Positions 11,526-21,669 of a DNA stretch of 64,000 nucleotides are shown piece after piece. Source of the stretch: Cyanidioschyzon merolae (lineage: Eukaryota); assembly GCA_000091205.1 (NCBI GenBank), contig AP006496.2. One strand, given 5' to 3'. How positions within the stretch are numbered: the stretch's first letter is position 1; each line of letters begins with the position of its first letter. The position numbers and the translations under genes were made by a program. The notes beneath the pieces are model-generated. The model was not told the origin of the DNA. It saw nothing but the letters and a program-made list of their open reading frames with translations, and did no database searches.

Positions 11526-14231
11526 ATGGTGAATATAGTTTGTAGGAGGGGTTTGCTGGGGCAACTTGCTCGGTCTGGAGCAGCACTTTTGCACACGGTA
11601 GACGTGGGGGCCGGATCGTCACGGCGCGTTGCTGTTCGCACTGTGGTTGATTGGAGTCCAGCTGTACAGCAGGCGCGTCTGCCGTTGGAAGCAAACGCTC
11701 AGAGCTCGGTACAAGTTGCAGATGAGCGCCATTTGAGGCTTTTCGACACGTGCCGAAGAACTTGCGAGCGGTGGAGCTCCAGTCAAAGCGGCACGAGCGT
11801 CACTGGTAACGACTTGGCCGGCGTCTCGCTTCGAGTGTTTCCACGAAGGCATCGTGCTGCCAGCACGGCGACGCGCAAGTGTGCCGTGGTAGACGCTGCC
11901 GGCCTCAGAGCGCTGCTGCAGGCGAAACCTAAGCCGCCACTGCTCACCCTGGACTGGACGGAGCGGGTAGCGCGAGGGAGGTCGACGTCAACGCTCGCAG
12001 AGCGCTGGCGTTGCAGCTGGCGGGCGCGACCTCGCATTGAAAAGGCACCCCAGCGATGTCAAAGCACGTCGCCATCACCATCCTCGTCTTCGTCCTCGTC
12101 CTCGTCCTCGTCCTCGTCGTCGTCATCGTCGTCGTCGTCTGCTGCAGGCACAACCGGGGGTTCGTCGCGTCTCTTTACCAATCGATTACGAGGGCGCTCA
12201 CAATACCTAGGAGAGCGACTTCACAGAGCATTGCATAGGGTACGCTCTTGGTTAGCACAGCTTCCAGCACGCACGCTGAAGACCATCGAGTCGTTCGCAA
12301 AGCGGCTCTGGAGAGAGGTCGTGGCCTGCATTCGCCAGCCATCACGCCTTGTCATGCATTATCGTCACGCAAAGCAGACGATAACCGACTTTATTCATCA
12401 TTTCTGGACTGGTACCAAGCTGCTTGCGGCAGATGCTCGCTTGTCCTGGCGCATCATCAAACGCTTGGCGCAAGGCAAACAGCTCACTCGTCGAGAGCGC
12501 AACATTCTGATCGGGACCGGCAGTGATCTAGCGCGTTTGGTTCCATTTTCTTTCTTTATTATTGTTCCTTTTATGGAGTTTGCCCTGCCGTTGGCGTTGA
12601 AACTCTTCCCAAATATGATTCCCTCTCATTTTCAAGACAAGAAAAAGAAGGAAGAGGATATGAAACGCCAGCTCAAGGCGCGTATTGAACTCGCCAAGTA
12701 CTTGCAAGATGTCGTAGAGGCACAGGCGCTGATGATTCGTAACCAAGCTTCAGCCGGTGATGATGTTCGCAAACTGGCGAGTGAGCTTTCCGAGTTTCTG
12801 CAGAAGCTCCGCGAAGGTCATCCAGTGGATAAGTGGGATGTGCTGCGCTTCGCACGGCTTTTCAAGGATGAGATCACGCTTGAGAACGCCACTCGGGAAC
12901 AGCTCGTGGCCATGTGTCGATACATGGGCATTGCTCCGCACGGCAGTGACAGCTTTCTGCGCTATCGTTTACGGGCCAAGCTCGCGTCCATCAAGAACGA
13001 CGACATGCTCATTGCGTGGGAAGGCGGAGTCAAGAGCCTCACCGATGACGAGGTCACACAGGCGTGCCGCGATCGCGGTATCCGAACCGAGGGCCTGCCC
13101 ATTGAGCACCAGCGACAAATGCTTGCCGAATGGATTGAAATGTCGCAGAATCGCGAGATCCCCGGATCGCTCATGATCCTATCACGCGCATTCTTCTACA
13201 CCATGGATCCCGACAAGGCACTGGAGGCGACGCTCACTTCGCTACCGCATGAACTCGTGCAAGGCATGCAGTCCTCGGCTGAGGCGGCGGATGACGCCAT
13301 CGAAGGTGTTGGTACATCTGAAACTGGAGCCGAACACCGGAGTGAATCGGAGCGGCGTCTAGCTGAGGTACGACGCCACGAACGCCTCATGGAGCTTGAG
13401 GAGCAAAACGCTGCGGAGCAGGCAGCAGCAGCAGCAGCAGCAGCTGCTGCTGCTTCAGCGAAGCCAACAACGGATCACGAGTCCGAGGCGGCTGCGGTGA
13501 CGTTGCCAGCTAGCGCCGCTCCCGAGGCAGCTGCGATCGAACGCATACGCGAAGCAGAGCTTGTGCCGCCAAGTCCACGTGAAAGCAGCGTTGCTGCCGC
13601 GTCTGCAGTCGAAACCGAGGCTGTCAAGGCTGGCACCGGGCCCGCCACCTCCTCGGACAAGCTTCTGGACCGGCACCTGGCCGAGCTCAATGTTGCTGAT
13701 CGGAAAGAGGCGGTGGCAATGATCAGCACTGCATTGGAAGAAATGCTGCATCCGATCGTATCAAAAGAGCGGCAGGAAATAGAACAGTTGAAAATGGAGC
13801 TCGCCCAAGCTGTTGCGAACAGCGCCGGACCCAATGCCGCTACGACAGCTGAAATAGAACGCTTGAAGCGCTTCATCGCGCGCCTGGAGGAGGAATGCAC
13901 GCTCGTAGAGCAAAAGGTGGGCGACGCGCTCAAGCTTCTCGACCGGGATAACGACGGCTTCATCTCCGTGAAGGAGATCGCCGATGCGATTGCTGAGCTG
14001 CGCTATGGTCAACCGCTCACTGCGGGCCGAAGTGCAGCGGGCATTCGACCGCCAGGCCTAGAGAGCCGAGTCGACCCCGACTCTGTCGCTGCCGAAGTGC
14101 TCCGCCGGCTTGACCTGGACGCCGATGGTATCATTCAGCCGGACGATATTCGCCGACTGGCAGCTCAGGTTGCTGCGGAGCGACTTGGTCATAGACAAGC
14201 TGCTTCAGCAGCTGCATCGAAGAGCGAATGA
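11526..14231 (+). CDS. LETM1: LETM1/Mdm38-family mitochondrial inner-membrane ion exchanger with C-terminal EF-hand motifs. Contains poly-Ser (about 21) and poly-Ala runs.
   Basis: LTRRERNILIGTGSDLARLVPFSFFIIVPFMEFALPLALKLFPNMIPSHF...LAKYLQD...FARLFKDEITLENATREQLVAMCRYMGI...FLRYRLRAKLASIKNDDMLIAWEGGVKSLTDDEVTQACRDRGIRTEGL...IPGSLMILSRAFFY aligns well with human LETM1. EF-hand loops DRDNDGFISVKE and DLDADGIIQPDD. Putative spliced 5' UTR signal (CAG|GTGAGT) at about 11358. Confidence 0.88.
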   Translation: MVNIVCRRGLLGQLARSGAALLHTVDVGAGSSRRVAVRTVVDWSPAVQQARLPLEANAQSSVQVADERHLRLFDTCRRTCERWSSSQSGTSVTGNDLAGVSLRVFPRRHRAASTATRKCAVVDAAGLRALLQAKPKPPLLTLDWTERVARGRSTSTLAERWRCSWRARPRIEKAPQRCQSTSPSPSSSSSSSSSSSSSSSSSSSSAAGTTGGSSRLFTNRLRGRSQYLGERLHRALHRVRSWLAQLPARTLKTIESFAKRLWREVVACIRQPSRLVMHYRHAKQTITDFIHHFWTGTKLLAADARLSWRIIKRLAQGKQLTRRERNILIGTGSDLARLVPFSFFIIVPFMEFALPLALKLFPNMIPSHFQDKKKKEEDMKRQLKARIELAKYLQDVVEAQALMIRNQASAGDDVRKLASELSEFLQKLREGHPVDKWDVLRFARLFKDEITLENATREQLVAMCRYMGIAPHGSDSFLRYRLRAKLASIKNDDMLIAWEGGVKSLTDDEVTQACRDRGIRTEGLPIEHQRQMLAEWIEMSQNREIPGSLMILSRAFFYTMDPDKALEATLTSLPHELVQGMQSSAEAADDAIEGVGTSETGAEHRSESERRLAEVRRHERLMELEEQNAAEQAAAAAAAAAAASAKPTTDHESEAAAVTLPASAAPEAAAIERIREAELVPPSPRESSVAAASAVETEAVKAGTGPATSSDKLLDRHLAELNVADRKEAVAMISTALEEMLHPIVSKERQEIEQLKMELAQAVANSAGPNAATTAEIERLKRFIARLEEECTLVEQKVGDALKLLDRDNDGFISVKEIADAIAELRYGQPLTAGRSAAGIRPPGLESRVDPDSVAAEVLRRLDLDADGIIQPDDIRRLAAQVAAERLGHRQAASAAASKSE
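12076..12141 (+). repeat. (TCC/TCG/TCA-type CGT) trinucleotide microsatellite encoding a run of about 21 Ser inside LETM1
   Basis: catcctcgtcttcgtcctcgtcctcgtcctcgtcgtcgtcatcgtcgtcgtcgtc read directly. Confidence 0.9.
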
Positions 14232-15154
14232 GTAAACGACCACGTTCAAATCTGAGGACGGCTGCTCAACCGCCACTGCGTTCACTCCAGGGCCAGAGTG
14301 CTGCCCATTGTCGCTGGCAGTGTGCTAGAATTCGTCGCGACCAGAGCCGTGCACGCGGCAGCCAACGTTGTGGCTGCTCCAGGACGGCAAGTGTGCGTTC
14401 CGCACTGCGCTGGTTAGCTCGAATCGACCGTCCAAGTGCGTCAACCAGGCGGGTGCAGTTCTGGTGAAGGGTCCTCTGGAGGTGCTCCCAGGCCTCTTCT
14501 CGACGCCTTCCCCCGTTCATGCGTAGCGGCAGTGCACAGCGCCACGCCTGTATCGGTGCTGGTGGCAAGTGTGCACGTCCAGTGCACCGGACGCGCAGGG
14601 CAAACCGACGCTGCGGTGGAGGCGCGTGCTGTGTGCCGCCACGCAAGTGTGCCAGCGATACCCAGGTACCGTATTACATGCAAGTAGGAAGAGCGTTCCT
14701 GCGGGGTGAGGGGAAAAGCACACGACGAGACAATGTGTGCAAGGTGAGCAGTCACTTGGTCTGTCCCAGAGCGGTGATCGCGGCAATGTATCTAGCGCCT
14801 GAAGAAGCGCCTGCGACAAGCACCACTCGCTCCGGATTGCCAGATGGATCGTGCCTCTGCTTATGTTGCGAATCCTGATCAGAGGCTCAATGGATATTGT
14901 AGTGTCTGGAGTGATAGAGCGAGGTATGCAGGCCTCTTTCCCGGTTACCGGGAGCGTTCGGCGGACCTCGATGCATCTGGTTCATTCCGTTGACTGTGCA
15001 TTGCGGGGAACAACGGACGCCTTACGCTGGGCGCACTACCACATACATGGCGGAACGAAATGGAGGAGGTGTCACCTGGCGACCTCGAGTGGGCACACTA
15101 ACTTTTGGGTCTCTCTTTGAAAGGTCATCAACATCAGCGATGACGTGCTCGTAC

Positions 15155-15940
15155 TGTGACTGCATCGTTTTCGACACCCTGATCCTCATTAGACCGGTCT
15201 CTGCTCACTCTCGCAGTCCTTTGACAAAAGTCGCCGGACGTTGTTGGCAGTGTTTGCGTCCCGATTTCAATGTGTTCGGCTATTGTCGACATAATCCACA
15301 TACAGGCGAACGTTGCAAGCTACGCCTCGCTTGCCATTTTCATCTTCGATGCGTAGAGCATCGGTGCACAGGGCGCAGCGATGATTCCTAACGACGATCA
15401 ACTGCTCCCGTTCACCCATCACAAATTCCTCTTCCCGTTCCATGTCTTCTGGAGCATGAACGCTTGTTTCTTCGCTCGGCGCATGCCGCTGACGCCTACG
15501 CAGGGTGCACCTCCGACGCCCATACCTTCGTTTCCGCGCCCGGCGCCGTACCCTACGATTCCAGGCCTCGTCTGGGCAATCCCTCGGGCGGGGACGCTGT
15601 CCGCTAGATGCACAGGCGCACGCTTCTCCACTCGATACGTAATTCGTGGAACGGGGTGTTGTCTGTGGAGAAACACGTGCCACAAGGCGAATCGACGCTG
15701 GGGAACAAGGCGCGGAATTGCGATCTGTCTACGCTCGCCTCGTGCAAGGCGCAGTCGCACGCTGAAACGGAAGCGATCACTGTGATGACTCAACTGCGAA
15801 TCAATGATCAGTCTGATGAAGTTGCTGTGGAATTCTGCTTTGCGAGATGCGTTGACTAGAAGGCGATTTGTCTTTTGAACGGAATCGATAATGTGCTGGG
15901 AAAATCCCAATCAATTTTCGGAATGAGCTTATGAACAGGC
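15155..15940 (+). repeat. Interspersed repeat family 1, copy 2 (direct orientation relative to copy 1)
   Basis: See copy 1. Together the two copies bracket LETM1 at nearly symmetrical distances (946 and 924 bp). Confidence 0.9.
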
Positions 15941-16027
15941 GCCCAAGAGAGAACACCCCATGATTTCGTCATCCAATCGGCGGCGCGCATTGCTGCACCC
16001 AATACTTGCTGTGCGTAGGTCGAAAGC

Positions 16028-16243
16028 TTGACGCATCCGCGATGTGTGCTTGCTGCTTATAAAGAAATGAAACGCGTGGACGCTTTACGTATGATTTACA
16101 TAATGATATCGTCTATTTTGCGACCATTGCCCAAGATTGTCGCGATTGAGAATGATTTCGGTTTTAACGAGTTCCAGGAACAGCGCGTCAATGGAGCCAC
16201 TTCCAAACTTCGACCAAGAATCCTAGAACGACCTGGGAAATGA
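16028..16243 (+). repeat. Degenerate ~200-bp AT-richer element (family 3), copy upstream of fibrillarin. Candidate shared upstream/UTR element or decayed short interspersed element.
   Basis: About 65-70% nucleotide similarity to 29486..29704. Shared blocks: ataatgatatcg, ttgcga, gtcgygatt, gatttcggt and agaatcctaraac. Both copies lie 270-460 bp upstream of a + strand gene in the same orientation. Confidence 0.4.
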
Positions 16244-16702
16244 CGAGCCGTCGCTGCTGCTCGCTAAGCAACGATGCTGTACATCAGAGGGATACTTTGG
16301 AAATAAGTCTCGAGCCTGGACTAGAGCGTACAGTTCAGTGCCCCATGTTCATCGGACACGGTATAGCGTCGCCAGGAAGACGCGGCTATGCGCCCGTTGC
16401 AACGCAACAGCAGCGATTGCGTTTCGAGGGTGTCGCCGCATCGGCGCTGGGCGGCGGCGGCGGCGGCGTCGACGACACATGCGTGCACTACGCACGGATA
16501 TCCGTGCATGTCGCGGATACGTGTACGAGGACACTTGCGTGCGTGCATGCGTACTTGCGTCTGAAACTGCCACGAGTTTCACTCAACTTTTTATCTTTGG
16601 ACCTGCTAACCAATTTGGAAACGCTTTCAATCCTCACATTCTACGTCCACGCGTGCTGTCTCGGGCGTGATCTGTGACGATCACCGGTGTTTGGAAGGTT
16701 CC

Positions 16703-17773
16703 ATGGAGCGCGACAGCCGCCGTGGTTACGGCCGGGGCGCTTTCTCTCGCGGTGGTAGTTACAGTCGAGGCGCAGGTCGTCGCGGTGGTGGGAATAGTGG
16801 TGCTGGTGGTGGTGGTGGTGGCGGCGGATCTTTTGGTGGACTGGCACCGCGGGGCGGTGGAGGATTCAAGCCCGGTGCGAACGCTCGTCGTGAAGGTGGT
16901 GGTCCAGGCAGGGGACGCGGCGGCGGCGGCGGCGGCGGCGGCGGCAGCTGGCGAGGCGGCGCCAGTCGAGGCCGCGCTAGTCGAGGACGTGGCGGGTCTG
17001 CAGGTCGTGGCGCCCCGGGTCGCTCGTTGAGAGGTGGATCACGGGTTCTTGTTGAGCCGCACCGTCTCCCGGGTGTCTTCATCGTTCGCGGTAAAGAGGA
17101 TGCGCTTTGCACGAGAAACCTGATTCCCGGCGACACGGTTTACGGTGAGAAACGCGTGTCCGTTGAGGCCGTCGATCCGAACACCGACGAAAAGCGCAAG
17201 ATCGAGTACCGAATATGGAACCCGTTCCGGTCCAAGATGGCGGCGGCGATTCTCGGTGGCATTGAGCGCTTCCCCATCGGGCCCGGTACCAAAGTGCTTT
17301 ACCTGGGCGCAGCGAGCGGAACCACCGTATCACATGTTTCGGACATTGTAGGCGCCAGCGGGGTTGTTTACGCAGTCGAATTCTCGCACCGGTCGGGGCG
17401 GGAGCTGGTAGCGCTGGCACAGCGTCGGCCCAATATTGTTCCCATTGTCGAAGATGCCCGCTACCCAGCGAGATACCGCATGCTGGTGCCCATGGTGGAC
17501 ACCATCTTCGCCGATGTCGCGCAACCGGATCAGTCTCGTATCCTAGCCATGAATGCAGCGTACTTTCTTAGAACCGGAGGATACTTTATGATTTCGATCA
17601 AGGCAAGTTGCATTGACAGTACAGCGGCACCCGCCGCCGTCTTCGCGAGCGAGGTAGAAAACCTCCAGAAAGAGCGATTTCGACCGCTTGAGCAGTTGAC
17701 CTTAGAGCCGTACGAACGAGATCATGCGGTGGTCATCGGCACGTACCGCGTACCACCGAAAAGCAAACCGTAA
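16703..17773 (+). CDS. FBL: Fibrillarin (Nop1), box C/D snoRNP rRNA 2'-O-methyltransferase, with an N-terminal Gly/Arg-rich (GAR) domain
   Basis: The RGG/GGRGG-rich N-terminus is encoded by (GGT)n/(GGC)n tracts. The methyltransferase core [20 protein letters not shown]...[59 protein letters not shown]...[24 protein letters not shown]...[18 protein letters not shown] is near-identical to canonical fibrillarin. I chose the second in-frame ATG ([12 protein letters not shown]) over the first ATG at 16667. Confidence 0.9.
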   Translation: MERDSRRGYGRGAFSRGGSYSRGAGRRGGGNSGAGGGGGGGGSFGGLAPRGGGGFKPGANARREGGGPGRGRGGGGGGGGGSWRGGASRGRASRGRGGSAGRGAPGRSLRGGSRVLVEPHRLPGVFIVRGKEDALCTRNLIPGDTVYGEKRVSVEAVDPNTDEKRKIEYRIWNPFRSKMAAAILGGIERFPIGPGTKVLYLGAASGTTVSHVSDIVGASGVVYAVEFSHRSGRELVALAQRRPNIVPIVEDARYPARYRMLVPMVDTIFADVAQPDQSRILAMNAAYFLRTGGYFMISIKASCIDSTAAPAAVFASEVENLQKERFRPLEQLTLEPYERDHAVVIGTYRVPPKSKP

Positions 17774-18693
17774 GAGAGCGTGCGTCAACGCGTGCGCTGC
17801 CCTTGGAGCCGAGCGCCCGGATTTCCGCCGCTGCTGGCGGCTTCGAGATACACCAGCGCCCTCATCGAGCGCCACGTGCTTTCGCGTTGGCGTTCGAACT
17901 CGGCACTCCAGCATCAGCGTCTAGGAGAAAGGCACGATCGGGCAAGTTTTCGACCGTTGGGTCAAGGTCGTCGGCGGATTTTACGCATGCTACCAGCCGG
18001 TGAAAGGCAGCGGCCTGATATAGAATTTGCTCAAGCGCGGCGGCAAAAGTCGCCCAAGGAGACTCGCCGGCGCCTGCTGCCGTACCTGCTGCTGTTGGCA
18101 CAGGAACGCATGCCGCGTATCCACAGGCGACCGATCGGTTCACTGAGGCGTGACCACGCCGATATAAGGATGGCATTGCCCGATACCTTGTAGAGGCACA
18201 GGGCGGTGATGGCGCTGCCGCACGGCGTGACGCCCTGGTGGCACCATGCTAGCCTGCCGATTCCAGTTGGTATTCGGTGTAAGGAACGCGACCTGACATG
18301 ATCGCTCGCAGGTTATGTGCACGTGGATGTGGCAATGCCCAGCATTTTCATTGATGATGAGCTTCGCCCGAAAACACCGCCCGAGAAATGGGAGCGTTTC
18401 GCTTCATCGCCGCAGTCCAATACGCAGGATGCGCATGGCGAACAAGGGCGATCCTGGCGCCGTGACGTCTGGCCTCAACTTGGACCGCATACCGGGCAGG
18501 TAGCAGCAGCGCTTATGCGACGAAACGTTCAGACTCCGTGGACTGCATTCAACACCGTGCAGCGCATGCCCTCGCACAGGTTGTCACGCCTGTGTGTTGC
18601 AGTGATCCACGGTACTGCTGCGCTTCGCTGCAAGCATCAACACAATGCGCATACGTAGGCGCTTTTACGCGCAATCGAATAGCGGGCCTCAAC

Positions 18694-21631
18694 CTAGACA
18701 TGGGGTAACCACCATATATACATTCGGGCAAGGTTCCGCGCACTGGTTGCCTCAGCAACCAGACGAGCCACGTCGCCTTCGACGGATAAGGGCGTGCCGC
18801 TCTGAGCGCCGTGCAGTCCGCGGCACTTGCGGTCGACAACGCGGAGCATTTCGAGAGCCTGGGCGTTGCGCTCGCAGCATTGCTGCCGCTGCTGGCGCGG
18901 TGGCATGTCGTTCCCGGGGTGCGCTGCTTTCCCGCGTTTGTCTGCTGGACGTCTGAGGCGCGCCGTATCCGCGGGCTCGCGTGGCAGCCGCATAGCGGCA
19001 GCCGGCCCCGGAAGCAACACCGGTCCACGAGTTGCGCTCGCTTCCATGGCCGCAGCGGTGCGTGCATCGCGAGCCGCAGCCGCCCAGTCGAGAAGCGGAT
19101 CGTGCAAAAACGTTTCAAGGACGCTCAAGAGCGTTTCCCGGTGATTCCGCAGCACAGAAAGCGCGATCTGGGCACTACGATAGAAGACACCCTGGTAGCC
19201 TGCGGTGCCCATGGCATCGATCATATTCGGCGTCAGTCGAAACGGCACCGTCTCCGGCACCTTGAGACGGAGACCCTGATCAAACAGGCAAGCGAAATCC
19301 ACGTGCACACACTCGCCGGACCTGGTATCGAGGAGCACATTCTCGCCGTGCCGATCACCCAAGCCAACCACATAACCAACCATGGACCAGAGCGCGCATG
19401 AACGTGCAAATGCCTGCCGCGCCGCGAACCACGCAGCCGGTGAATGTCTCCGCCCGAAATGAATGCTATAAAAGTGACGGAGCACAGGCGGGAATCGGGG
19501 TAAGAGCCACTCGGTATACCAGCGCACCTGATCTGGTTCGGGACGCGCTTTCGCATGCCGTTCATAGGCCAGACGGATCTCTTCGGTGCTGGAGGTGGCC
19601 GTCTTCTCGTAACCCAGGGCCCGATGCAGCATCGCCACCGCTGCGCGCAACGGCACCAGATGTGGCATCCACTCCAGAATACCACACTCTTCATTCAGTG
19701 GCAGCACAGCGTACGTCCGCAGCACGAGGCGCCGCTGCTGAGCGTCGGCAGTCTTGGCTAACAAACGATTCACCACGTTCAAGAGGTCCATCATTCGAGC
19801 ATCCTTGCGCATGTCGCCGGCATCCTCGCGTTTGCAGAGAAACGGGTACACGTGGCCGTCAGAGGCCAGCAGTCCGATGCGCTTCGGACGCATCAACGAG
19901 TTCATAACCCAGACGGGTTCATCGACATCGACCAGGGTCGGGACGCTCACCGCAAATCCCTCGTGCAGGTCGTCACGAAAGCGTCCACTCGTCGGCAGGA
20001 ACAGACGCAAGTACGCTTGATAGGGCACCGGGATCGCTAGTCCCTGGAGACGCTCTCGCAGCAACCGCCGGAGTGCACGCAAATGCACCGAGGCAGTCAT
20101 CTGCTTTAGACCGCGTGGTGGCACCTGGGTACAGACGCGTGCGAGCTGCGCACAAAGCTCCAACCCGGCATCGAGGAGCGTGCTGAGGCCCAGGTCACCG
20201 CGCTGACGCGCTTGATCCAGTATCGCTCGGGCGGTAGCGGCGCGGTTGGCGTCCAGCGCCCCCGCGAGCGGCACGACGTACCAGACGGCCTGTCCTGGAT
20301 ACGCAACGACACAATCAGCGAGCAGGCTGCATAGTTCAGCGCGAACTGCGGCCGAGTGATGTGCTGTGACCCTTGAGAGCAGCTGCGGCAGCACGACAAA
20401 CCAGATATAGAGCGGAAGACGGGTTCGCAGTCTGCGTACAATAGGCAACAAGTATTCGGCGGCAGAGCGACGAGCGATCGACGGCGAATCACGTGCCTCG
20501 TACGAGTCGATGTCGGGTCTGCTGATGCTGCTGCTGCTGCTGTTGTTGTTGTTGTTGCTATCCAATGCTCTGGTATTCGTGCGAATGGCGCATAGCACTT
20601 TGGATCGCTCGATATGCGACGCTGTATCTGGCGTCATACGCTTATCGCTGCTGCTGCTGTTGCTGCTGCTGTCGTTCGTGTGCTCCTCAAGGACGGGCTC
20701 GCTATCCTCATCGAGCCATAACGTGATGATGCGCGGCAGCGAATGGTAGACGTAACGACATCCGTAACGCAGGGAGCGGGCATAGTGCTCGAGTGCCGAC
20801 TGCCGATACAGCCACTGCTGGCGAGCCTGGATACGGGGTTCAGCATCGCGTTCGGGCGTCAGACTATCGTAGAAACGCCCCAGCAATACGTAAATTTTCT
20901 CGGTCTCTGGTTGTATGGAAAGAGCTCGCTGGAAGCAGTCAATGATCTCCTGAGGTTGTGCAGAGCGATCCTCCTGCATCCACTGGGCCTGCAGGCAGAG
21001 CGCTTTGCTCACGAGCCTTGCAGCCGAGCCACTTGATGAGCGCCAAGTGCCGGTGCTGCTGCTATTGCTGGTGGACGCAGTCTTGCGTCCGAGCTGAAGG
21101 TCAGTTAGCGAGAGCGGTAACTGGGCAAGCGCACGACGTGTTTCACCGCGAGCACGGTAGATTTTGGCCAACTCGATACAGGCCGGGCCTTGGAAAAGCG
21201 ACGCACGCGGAAGCTGTTGCAGGTACGCAATAGCGGCTGCGTGGTGACCCGACTTGCGCGCCAGTCGAGCGAGTCGGAGCGTGACGGCATCGGCAGCTTC
21301 TTGGAAGACAAGTGCGCGCTCCAGGAACTGCTGTGCTGAACGTTCTGGGGTCACGAACGACGCAGGTGGACGCGTTGTTCCGGGGACCAGCACTGCAGGT
21401 TTCGTTGACGCACTCACGAGCCAAGTTTGGTCAGGAAACTGGACGCTCGCTGGCTGACTGCGCCCAGCAGCAAGCACTGTCGCTGGGGCAGGTCGTTCGA
21501 TACCACCACCGCCACCACCGCTGCTGGTGCTGCTGCTGGTGTCGTTGTCGTTCTTTGGCGCTGCCCAGGACGACCCGTTTGCACGTTCGCCACCAGCAAG
21601 CGTCCACGGAACGCGCAAGGATGTGCAAGGC

Positions 21632-21669
<38 letters not shown>

